A stretch of DNA of 64,000 nt from Octopus vulgaris (taxonomy: Eukaryota), in contig OX597819.1 of assembly GCA_951406725.2 (NCBI GenBank), positions 1,674,001 through 1,738,000 on the forward strand, in the 5' to 3' direction. The position numbers and the translations under genes were made by a program. The notes beneath the pieces are model-generated. The model saw only the letters and a list, made by a program, of their open reading frames with translations, was not told where the DNA came from and searched no databases. Positions 43,885 through 54,378 of this stretch are shown here, piece by piece. The first letter of the stretch is position 1. Every line of letters starts with the position of its first letter.

Positions 43885-43997
43885 GTGTACACTATTTACA
43901 CTGGACGGATATTTATCCTCATCAGGTGTCTTAGGGAGATTTCAAACCTGGGTTCTCATTCCTAAAGTATTTTTCGATATTATTATTATTATTATTC

Positions 43998-44067
43998 AGG
44001 TCACTGGAATCGAACTCGGAATCTTGGGGTTAATAGCCCTCGCTCTTAACCACTTCGCCATATGCCC
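43998..44067 (-). promoter_or_regulatory. tRNA-like Pol III internal promoter (A and B boxes) in the PLE terminal repeat
   Basis: Minus strand GGGCATA-TGGCGAAGTGG(A box, 44060-44050)-TTAAGAGC-GAGGG-CTATTAA-CCCC-AAGATTCC-GAGTTCGATTCC(B box, 44017-44006). tRNA spacing, but stems are imperfect, so not a functional tRNA. Confidence 0.8.
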
Positions 44068-45065
44068 CTGGGCAATGATTGAGTGAATTTTAGGGCTTAT
44101 AAATCCAATATTTTCCTATCCTTCTTTAATACTGGTTCCCATATGCTACTCATATCTGCACTCGGTCTGCTTAGGAGGTTGTTGTGTCCTTGAATAGGTG
44201 CTGCCTCTTTTAGTTTTCGTATTTTCCAGTGGTGTTCTCTCTTTATTATTTTAACTTCATTCCACAAGGGGAGGTGGTCTTCATTTTTCCATACATGATC
44301 AGCTATACCCGATTTATCAATATCTCCTTGTGTCACAGCTTTGCGATGTTCCTCTACCCTTATTTTGAGGGGCCCACATGTTTCGACTTTGTATAACCTA
44401 CCACAGCTGCATGAGATGGAGTACACGCAGGTTTTGGTCATATTCTCTTCTGTTAGTGGTTTTACTCGAAGGAGATATTTTCGAAGTGTTGTATTACTCT
44501 TGAATACTCTCCTATGTCATATGGGCCGCATATCTTTTGTATCTTTTCGGAGAGGCCTTTCACATAGACTAGACAGACTGTAGACAGTTTATTGGTTACA
44601 TCCTCTCTTTGCTTCGTAATTGGAGTAGATAGTATGTTTTTGGAGTATTTGTTGCTTAATAGATTGTTACTGAGCTTGATCATTTCTTCATGGTGGGTAT
44701 CACGATCGCTACTTATATTCTTTGCTCCATGTTTTAAGCACTGAGCAATCCCTCTCTTTACACTGTATGGATGGTGGGAATTGAAGTTAAGGTATCGTCC
44801 AGTGAAGGTGGGCTTCCGGTATACAGATGTCATGAATCCAAACTTTTGTGCGTGTTATTAATACGTCCAGGTATGCTAGCTGATTGTCTTTTTCCTTTTC
44901 CATTGTAAACTGTATGGATGGCTTTATTGAGTTCATAAGATTTAACAGCACTTGGACATCTTCCCGGTGGGGCCAGAGAATAAAAGAGTCATCAACATAT
45001 CGCAGCCATAGGGTTGGTTTTAGTAGTGCTGATCCTAAAGCCAAATATTCGATTCCAGGCAGTGA

Positions 45066-45136
<71 letters not shown>

Positions 45137-45183
45137 TCGAAAAGTACCTTAGGAATGAGAACCCAGGTTCGAAATCTCTCAAA

Positions 45184-45229
45184 GACACCTGATGAAGGCT
45201 GGAGGGTATATCAGCCGAAACGTTGTGTT
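45184..45229 (+). ncRNA. Minimal type I hammerhead ribozyme (intact core)
   Basis: Stem I GACAC/GUGUU; CUGAUGA(+A); stem II GGCUGG/UCAGCC; GAAA; palindromic mini-stem III AACGUU; predicted cleavage after GUU (45224). Confidence 0.88.
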
Positions 45230-45987
45230 AACAACAAACAAGATGAGGACAAATATCCGTCAAATGTAAATAATGTAAATAATGTACATAATTCCTCATC
45301 TCTTAAATATAGAACTGAATAGAAAAATATCAACCAAAATTTAGATTCTGTGTTGCGCCTAGTTAATGAAAAAATTCTTATAGATTTTTCAAGAGCAATA
45401 GGAATGCTATAACTTCTAAATGATTTATAGAGGTATTTCCTAAGTCTTTTAGTATCAGGGTATATCGTAATGATTTATGACCTTAGTAAGGATTAGGTGT
45501 ATACGATAGTTAAATCTAATGTCACAATACTAGAATGAGCTACAGTTATAGTTATTATTTTTTTAGTTACCAACAAGAGAAACTGTATTCTTAAACTGTT
45601 TAGTTTTGTTGTTATTGCCGTTATTATTTTAATTTTTATGTTAAACTTTAATTTTAGCTTTATTTTTAATTTCTTTTTTCCCCTTGCTACTATTGTGTCT
45701 TCTCTGGTCCATTTTTTCTTTCAATTTTGATTTCTCCTTTTTCTCCTTTCTTCTTTTTTAATTCTCTATATACAAGCCATTTTAAGTTTTTAAGCATATT
45801 TCAAGCATCCTTGATAATGTGATTCTTAAGCCTCATATAAATATCATAATTATATAATTACATAACTGCTTTTTATATTCTTACGTAAGGATTATTGAAA
45901 CAAATGTAGGAATTGTAAATTTGAAATATCTCTGAGTTTGTCTTCTATTATTCTTTCAAATATATATCTATATGTACAAATAGTGTA

Positions 45988-46028
<41 letters not shown>

Positions 46029-46667
46029 CAGAAAGGGAGGAATTTCGATTATCCCCACGTTTTGAGTTGTAATATATATAAGAAATTAAAGAAGGAAAAT
46101 GAGCACACTTTACATAGTTTTAGTATAATTTTAAATATATCTTATATTGAGTTTGTCGAACAGTTTTGCTTTCGCTATTTATGACATTGAAATTTATGTA
46201 AATACGTCGTATTTTGTTAAGAGAAATTTTATGATTTTGAAGGAGAACATTGATAAACTTTTAGAATTGAAATAAATGATATAAACTGTAACATTCAATT
46301 CACAATAGAATATATGAAACAACAGCTCCCATTTTTGGATATTATGTTAAAAAAGTCAAGAACCAAATTATAACTGACATCTATCATAAACCAACGAGAT
46401 CGAAGCAATATCACCTGTTTAGCTCATGCCACCCGAAACACATCAAAATAAATACCCCCTTCAATTTGGCAAATCCTTTTGCACAATAGTGTCTGATAGA
46501 ACTACTCTAGACCTCAGAACAGCACTAACTGAAAGACAATATGCACCCTCACTTATAGACGATGGAATTAAACGTGCCAAGAAATTAGACATGAAAACAC
46601 TAAGGACAACAAAAGATAACAGCACACCTCATCTCAAAACACTACTGTATATATTAACTATATTTAA

Positions 46668-46898
46668 GGCGGCGAGCTGGCAGAAACGTTAGCACGCCGG
46701 GCGAAATGCGTAGCCGTATTTCGTCTGCCGTTACGTTCTGAGTTCAAATTCCGCCAAGGTCGAGTTTGCCTTTCATCCTTTCGGGGTCGATTAAATAAGT
46801 ACCAGTTTCGCACTGGGGTCGATATAATCGACTTAATCTATTTCTCTGTCCTTGTTTGTCCCCTCTGTGTTTAGCCCCTTGTGGGTAGTAAAGAAATA
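46668..46898 (+). mobile_element. Full-length young tRNA-derived SINE with 14-bp TSD, nested in the PLE
   Basis: ggcggcgagctggcagaa head, gagttcaaattcc B box and core; tgtatatattaact at 46646-46659 and 46899-46912. Confidence 0.96.
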
Positions 46899-47886
46899 TG
46901 TATATATTAACTCACATCCCTAGAAACAATGAGGCATACAACATTATTGTGCAAAATCTTCTTTTACTAACATAAATGAAGATCATGAAAGCACATGTAT
47001 TAAGAAAATGCAAAAAGCAACAATAATCGCTAAAGAGACTGCTAACAAATGCGAGGTTTTACGCAACAACCACGAAACCAAGGGTTAAAAAAATGTGGAC
47101 GCCCAAACTCTTTTTCAAACAAGGAGAGAGGTTCACAATTAAAACCAACTTCTGTAATAACCTGCTCGGATTGTGGACATCACTATATAGGACAGACGAG
47201 TATGGCATTGAGGCGGAGAACCGCTCTACATAAAGAGCAGATCTGGTTACCGCAATACTGACAGATTCCTTTAAGTGAACACATAGAGGGATGTGCAGGT
47301 AACATCAAACCAAATTTCACAGTTCTCTCCTACCAAAGTTACAATTTCTTTACAAGAACGTTAGAATAAAGAAAATTTATTCATCGAAAAATGCAGAATA
47401 CATCTAAATATGCATGCATAACCAACTTTAATCTCTATTCATATTTTAATTCACGATTACATAACCATCACTGTACATATATCTCACCACTACTCTAGTT
47501 CTTTCATTTTTGTGTAAATATATATATATATATATAGCCCCCCTAACGAAAGATGAACAATTATCTCCCCTGTGCACAATAATAACGATAGCCAATTACT
47601 TCCCCTTAGATTTTTCTACTTGTTGAATCATTCATTCATAAACTCAACACACAACACGGACAAACAATTTCTTAAGAAAATACGTATTTAAATAATTTTT
47701 AATGTCATGATTAGCGAAGCGAAACCGGCTGAAAACACAATATAAGATATATTAAAAATTATATTAAAACTATGTAAAGTGTGTGCATTTTACTTTTTTA
47801 ATGTATATATATAATTATGTGACCGCGTGTGTATCGTTGGCGATTTTCTTTCTCCGTCTTCCCTTCCTTGGGCCTTTCCTTTTTCT

Positions 47887-47925
47887 ATGTTTCTGACGAA
47901 GAGCTCCGCTCGAAACGTTTATTCT
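47887..47925 (+). ncRNA. Minimal hammerhead ribozyme core in the PLE 3' repeat (stem I damaged)
   Basis: CUGACGA(+A)-GAGC-UCC-GCUC-GAAA-CGUU; the 3' strand of stem I (UAUUC) no longer pairs with 5' AUGUUU. Confidence 0.7.
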
Positions 47926-48015
47926 TCCTTCTTTCTTTCCTTTGCTGAGCGTCCAAGAAAACTATACTTGTTCCACGTCCTCGCGTTGTTGTGTTTTCTC
48001 TTTGTTTATGTTTGG

Positions 48016-48085
<70 letters not shown>

Positions 48086-48817
48086 TATATGATGAGCAGG
48101 TATCTACATGTGTGTATGTGATCGAAAAAGTTCCTTCCACCCTGTCTTTATATACACATTTACATTCACAGCGTGGCGCACGCGCACACGCGCACACACA
48201 CACACGCGCGCACACACACACGCACACACTTATAATATCTCATCTGTATACAAATATGTCACTACATTTCAATGATAGTAAGATGTAATTTGAGAAACAA
48301 TTGAAATGTCAAACGCAAACGCAAAGACATTGTATCGTTACCTCGAATGTATATGTGTGTGTGTGTGTGTGCGTACAGAAATTCACATGTATCTATATAT
48401 ACATATATAGATATGTGGGTGTTAATGTGTATGTATGTATGTATAGGCCGCTGAGGTTGCATGTCGAAAATTGAACTTCACTGCTAATTTACCAGCTTCT
48501 TTTATCCACTTCTGCAAGTGCTTTTCATCTGCCGCAAACAGCGTCCTAGTAATAAAAATATATATTCTCTTGCGACAACTAATTTGTCTTTATTATTGAA
48601 ATAGTACCACTGCAGCGATTATGCTGAACTAAATTCCGTAGAAGCATTATAAGAGTCACATTCTAAGTTGTAGCTGGTGAGCCAGTTAGCTATCCTGGAG
48701 ATTGCTTAGTTAGCAACTTCATTTTGATCGATAATAATTTGAATTGATTCTCTTCGAGTAGGATTTGGCTGCTAAATTTAAATGCTGTATTGTTCTAGCA
48801 TCAAATTCTTTTTTATG

Positions 48818-49072
48818 TGAAGGTATGTGGCCTATTGTTTAGGGTGCTGTAGTAACGTTCATAAAATCGACGTGGGGATTCCTGGACCGGGAGGGCATTG
48901 TGTTTTAAAGCAAAACCACTCATTTCATGTAAATAAATATCAGCAATAGCTGAAACGTTTTTCCTGCGATAGACCGGCGTTCTGTTATGAGAGCAGTGTT
49001 GTAATCACAATAACTTATACACCTTGAAACCCAAATGAAGTTTTGGATTTATGATTCTTAGGCCTCATGGGA
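48818..49072 (+). mobile_element. Diverged tRNA-derived SINE (second family)
   Basis: gaaggtatgtggcctattgtttagggtg (A-box-like), gattcctggaccggg, cctgcgatagaccggcgttctgt, gaaaccc..ggcctcatg. Confidence 0.55.
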
Positions 49073-49079
49073 AATCTAA

Positions 49080-49900
49080 ATCTAAGTCTAATACTGCTTT
49101 TTCACACATTCGTAGCGATAAATTATTAAATTCAGTTTTCCTATTAATTCACGAACACACTGGAACAATACTGATTGTTGATAAAAGATCTTTGTTGTTG
49201 GAGTCCATAGGAACTTGTTCTTTCACCAAGCTGTGGCAACTGATCAGCAAATAATCCTAAATTTTGATCACCATAAATTGTTGCTTCCATGTCAGTTGTA
49301 AGCTTCAATATTTTAACACTGCATTACAAACAAGGTATACCCAGTTTCCATCGGCTTTCGTTCCTTTTGCTGTAAGTGATAAAATATATCCTCATATCTG
49401 AAGTAACACATCCAACCGAAGTGTTCAGGTTTCTTATATTTTGTAGAGTCCTATTCAAGGCCTCCAAAGCTTTTTAGTAAACTCGCATCTGAAGCTATAA
49501 GTTCACATCTTTTAATAATTCCTTAATAATAACTTTACAGACGACATCATCATGTGTAGCTAAATCGTAAGGAAGTTTGAATGCAAAATGAACTGTGAGA
49601 CCTCCATGCAATAGCGTAGTAGCTATACCTGAAAAAGTTAATGCTACAGCAATATTATTTGGCTTTGAAACATATTCAGTAAGGAATTTAATAGAAATGT
49701 ATTTTCAGTTCCATTAAAAGCATCCCAAATGTAGATTCTTCCATTCTGTTGAGACTTACAACTCATTATATGTGAAAAAGCAATCGTTTTGATTTATACA
49801 TTCAGTTAAGGAGTTAATTTGGCTATAAGGTGGTCAGCATGTTTTGGATAGATTTGATTCTGAATTATGAATTACAAATTTGTAAAGATACTGGGTACGT
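49080..49900 (-). mobile_element. Helitron PIF1-like helicase remnant
   Basis: WDAFNGTENTFLLNSLL (Walker A DAPGGTGKTFLIN), IAVALTFSGIATTLLHGGLTVHFAFKLP, KALEALNRTLQNIRN, KGTKAD. Confidence 0.88.
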
Positions 49901-50510
49901 TTAGTTTGGCATTTTAGTGTATTAATATATATATATAGAAAAGGAGCATAGTTTGTTATTGGGAGAAAGATATTTTATTGGTGAAAAAGTATAAGATCAT
50001 ATAAAACAAATGATGTTTAACTTAATGATATTCAACTTTAAACAAGTGTTTAAAAATTCTGTTCTTAATCCTAATCCTCCACCTAGAGGTTCTCAGTGAT
50101 GCATATTCTTATATCACTATGTTTTCCGTTTGAAGTTTCATTCTTCTAATTAATTTTCATTCTTCGTTCTATGTATATTCCCATTTAACGTTAAATTTAT
50201 ATAATTTACGATACGCCAAGATACAATTCAATGATGCCCTTCTTACCTATCCTTCTATTTTATTTTGTTCTACATCGTTCTTTCCTTCTACCATGTTACA
50301 CAATTATTTTTCTTTGCCTTGTACATCCTTTCCCTTCTTTTGTATCCTTTCCTATTTTCTTTTTGTTTTCTGCACCGTTCCTCTTTTTTTACATCTCGTC
50401 TTTCTCCGTACCCTCTAATTTTATTTTCATTTTATTATTCGTTAAGGAATAGTATCTTACTCAAACATTATGTATCGATACATCTGTATATCTATATATG
50501 TGTACGCACA

Positions 50511-50561
<51 letters not shown>

Positions 50562-51121
50562 ACACACGGACGCACATATTGATATATGTCAGAATATTAA
50601 TTGTTATGAGGTTCAATTTGATCAAATTTTTACAAGTGTATCAAATTGAATTTTTTAGTCCTTTAACTGTTACTATATACTTATATACATATGCTCACAT
50701 AAACACACCATATATATAGAGTCAGTACATGTACATAAAGAGATCGCAAGAATACCTGATACATGAATACTGTAGATAAACTTACACTTGTTTTAAATAC
50801 ATATTTTCTACAGCTATGTCTTAAAACAGTATATTTCGTCTACGTAAAGAATGTAACTAAGAATACTTATACACGTCAAAGTAGGGGAGATTACTCCTTT
50901 AAGAGACGAACTAAGCATCTTAATTACTTTATGTAGCACTATCGGTGTTTCATGTAGTTCGGTGATCGGTCCCATTGATAATGAAATAGCATAGTTTTTT
51001 ATAGAGAGAACAGCATAATCAAATAATCTGATACGTTTAATGTCAATAAGATCTAAATTATTTATTCGGAATCTCTAACTGTGACTATTGAAGATGATAA
51101 AAAGGTAAAACAATATAAAAA

Positions 51122-51171
51122 CATCTTACAGATCTGTTTTGGGAATGACTGTCATCTCATCAGAAAAGATG
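51122..51171 (-). ncRNA. Decayed type I hammerhead motif downstream of the PLE GIY-YIG
   Basis: Minus strand CAUCUUUU-CUGAUGA-GAUGAC-A-GUCAUU-CC-CAAAAC (GAAA mutated)-AGAUCU-GUA-AGAUG; palindromic stem III ACAGAUCUGU. Confidence 0.5.
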
Positions 51172-51242
51172 CACCTTTAGGCGATCCGAAAAATAACTCT
51201 CTCTCTTTCTCTCTGCCAATCACCATATCTATCTTTCTATCC

Positions 51243-51392
<150 letters not shown>

Positions 51393-51439
51393 TTAATAAG
51401 CAACGTGCTGGCTAATGTATTATATGCAAGTCAGGCAGA

Positions 51440-51900
51440 CCTATAAGCTACATCTACATAAGGATTGAAATTATGTCGTATTCTTCTGTGATGCACAAAG
51501 GCCATAATACGGAACTACTTATGCATGATGTTGCTCAGCCAGTTATTTTCCATTTTATTTTTGCGATTATATCATTTTGTTTTAACTCCCATATGCGTTC
51601 AGACAGTGATGTTGCGTTTATTCTGTTCATGTCCTGGAATGTGTGCGTGTATCGTGTGTGTCTATCTATGAAAAATCCCGCTTGTAGCGCTGATGAATTT
51701 TTTCTTTCCATTTGAAATTCTTGTGATATTGCTGCTTTGCAGACTTTGTCCGTCTTTAGGCAGTTTTCACGTAGAGGGCATGTTCTTGTTTTGGGGCACT
51801 TGCATGAGTTTGCAGGTGTGTTTTGCGTGCACTTTGGCATGATATTTGTTTGGTGATCTATATCTATGGTGCGTTTTATGATTTTGTATTCCTGATCTAC
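51440..51900 (-). mobile_element. Penelope-like (Neptune-type) Cys-rich linker + GIY-YIG remnant
   Basis: CKCPKTRTCPLRENCLKTDKVCKAAI...FIDRHTRYTHTF..NATSLSERIWELK..IKWKI...PLCITEEYDII. Confidence 0.85.
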
Positions 51901-52729
51901 AATACAAAAAAATATTAAAATATCATCCTCATTTTCCATAGTCAAATATCTTCTAATGAAAGTTAGTTAAAAAATACCTAAAATGCGATTAACAGATAAA
52001 TTCAACAAATATAATCATAACGATACAAATTGCCCTTAAATACAGCAAACATAAAACAACAAACAGAATGTTGTGCATTTAAACATGCCCCTAATAAAAA
52101 TGAACTCTCGGCTACATACAAAGAAATATAGCAGCTAATTTAGAAGACAAAAAATAAGAGCCAACCGATGGGCATATAAAACAAACTAGGCAACGGGTGC
52201 ATACGAGTATAAACACAGTGGAAGTTATAAAATGAAGTGTTTCAAACTAAAGTCGTGAAGTAAATGGCAAATATAAATAAAATATGAATACACATATGTG
52301 CAAACACCAGTCATACAGACACACACGCACATATACGGCCATTAGCAATACAAATTCAATGTTGACATCGCTGTGAAAAATATACAAACTGGATACGCCA
52401 GAAAGTTTGACGCTGCATGCGAAGAAAATTAGCACCATATCTAATTAATTTCGAAAAGTCCGAAAATTTCCAAAATAGATTAATTTCTAAGACTATTAAA
52501 TGTTTGTCTTAGATGTAAGTTCTAAAAAGAAATTAAGGCTAAAATGCAGTGAAATTGAACCCACATTTTCTAGCAACCGAGACATGAAACCTGCACAGCT
52601 TACGCTTCATTGCAAGGCAAAAGTTTGACTATTTTAAAAATAGCGAAATCGTTGTGCATAGCTGTTAAATTGAAATTGTTCCCTGAAATTTTATGACATC
52701 TGAAGTAATACGCACACATATCGATGAGT

Positions 52730-53020
<291 letters not shown>

Positions 53021-53811
53021 CATACGCGCGCGCACCCCCATGTATATTACATGAGAAATTATTTCCGTTATTTCAACAATGCAAAGGGACATTCCGAGAA
53101 GCTTTGGTATTGCAAACATTGTTAGAAATGTGTGTGTGTAAAGGGATACCCATGTATGCATATATGCGGATGTATATATATATATATAACATATACGTAT
53201 ATATATAGGCATGAATGTATGTATATATGGGTGAATGGATATATCATCAGTCATAGATCAAAGTCTGAAAACGTGCAACCTGATACGGGTAACCATATAA
53301 GCTAGTTTAACCTGATGGGCCGTCGTTTGTCTGATGAGGAAGGTGGTTTATGCTTATTCTTATAATTTTATATGTGCATATATATGTGTATTTTACATGC
53401 ATTTCTAGATGCGCATAACAGGCAGTCGTATATAAAAACATGTAGTTTTAGTAATACCTGACAATTACGACATATATTGCTCGCTTTCACGTTAACGGAT
53501 TAAGAAAGTCGACAAGTTCTATATCAATGTAGAACAAGCATTCGCCACCGAAGTTTTTCATGGGTATGTAGTTATTGTATCCACACTCTTTCACGAGTAT
53601 AAGGCAAGACTCAATATTCTTGCTACACAAACGGACGGAAATCTGTCTGTGCATCGATCGGTATATTATGCGAGTACTTTAACACATATATTAAGTGGGT
53701 TAGCCAGAATTTTGTATAATAATTTTTTTTATTGCTTTCATCTCGTTTTCGAGATTAATTAGGAACGATTTGTTTTACAGAAAATCTATACCTTTTATCT
53801 ATATTTGCGAA

Positions 53812-54310
53812 TTAGTTGAAAAAATCTGGAGTTGGTTTTGGAAGAGAATCTTCTTTGTTATTTTGAATCTGTATGCGTGCATAAATATGTGTGTATATGT
53901 GTGTTTGTAAGTGTGAGTAAGTATGTGTGTATTGTGAATTTTCAATGGCTTGGTTAGGGGGAGAACAAAGAAGACGAAAAACAAATGAATGAAAAAGGAC
54001 AGGAAGAAAGAGAAAAGAAACGAAAAAGAGAGAAAGGGACATTTTTCTGAGATGGTTGAAACTGCATGACGAAACAATGCAATTTCAACTACATCAGGTA
54101 AAATACCCCTTTCTCTTTTTCTTTTCTTTCTGGGCTTCTCTAGCTCTTCCTGTCTTTCTTTCTTTTTTTTGTTTTTTCTCCCTTTAACCAAGCCTCCAAA
54201 ATTCCACCACACAAACATACACGCACAAATTCACACATATATAGGTACATTTAGATTCAAGACACAAAGAACATTCCCTTCCTACCTCAGCTCTAGATTT
54301 TATCAACTAA
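53812..54310. repeat. ~500-bp diverged inverted repeat (fold-back) with a ~10-nt spacer
   Basis: ttagttgaaaaaatctggag...ttgaatct pairs with agattcaa...ctctagattttatcaactaa; ggcttggttaggggg pairs with ctccctttaaccaagcc; centre gttgaaactgcat-gacgaaaca-atgcaatttcaac. Confidence 0.9.
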
Positions 54311-54311
54311 C

Positions 54312-54378
<67 letters not shown>

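Larger units (their letters stand above)
43885..45317 (-). mobile_element. 5'-truncated Penelope-like retroelement (RT C-half + GIY-YIG) with 3' pLTR and inverted 5' pLTR; 9-bp TSD aatagaaaa
   Basis: LWLRYVDDSFILW..SIQFTMEKEKDNQLAYLDV, TSVYRKPTFTGRYLNFNSHHP, CVYSISCSCGRLYKVETC..RVEEHRK..SGIADH..RKLKEA; frameshifted. 43886-44075 and 45047-45317 are inverted copies of each other. aatagaaaa lies at 43876-43884 and 45318-45326. Confidence 0.95.
46027..48015 (+). mobile_element. 5'-truncated Penelope-like element (RT C-terminus + GIY-YIG) with inverted 5' pLTR segment
   Basis: INCNIQFTIEYMKQQLPFLDIML, TDIYHKPTRSKQYHLFSSCHPKHIKINTPFNLA, KKCGRPN, ITCSDCGHHYIGQTSMALRRRTALHKEQI..PLSEHIEGC. 46065-46230 is the reverse complement of ~47665-47830. 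Confidence 0.92.

Noticed and set aside
43998-44067. Bona fide tRNA gene
   Set aside because: Acceptor, anticodon and T stems are mispaired and it is part of a repeat; treated as a tRNA-derived promoter only.
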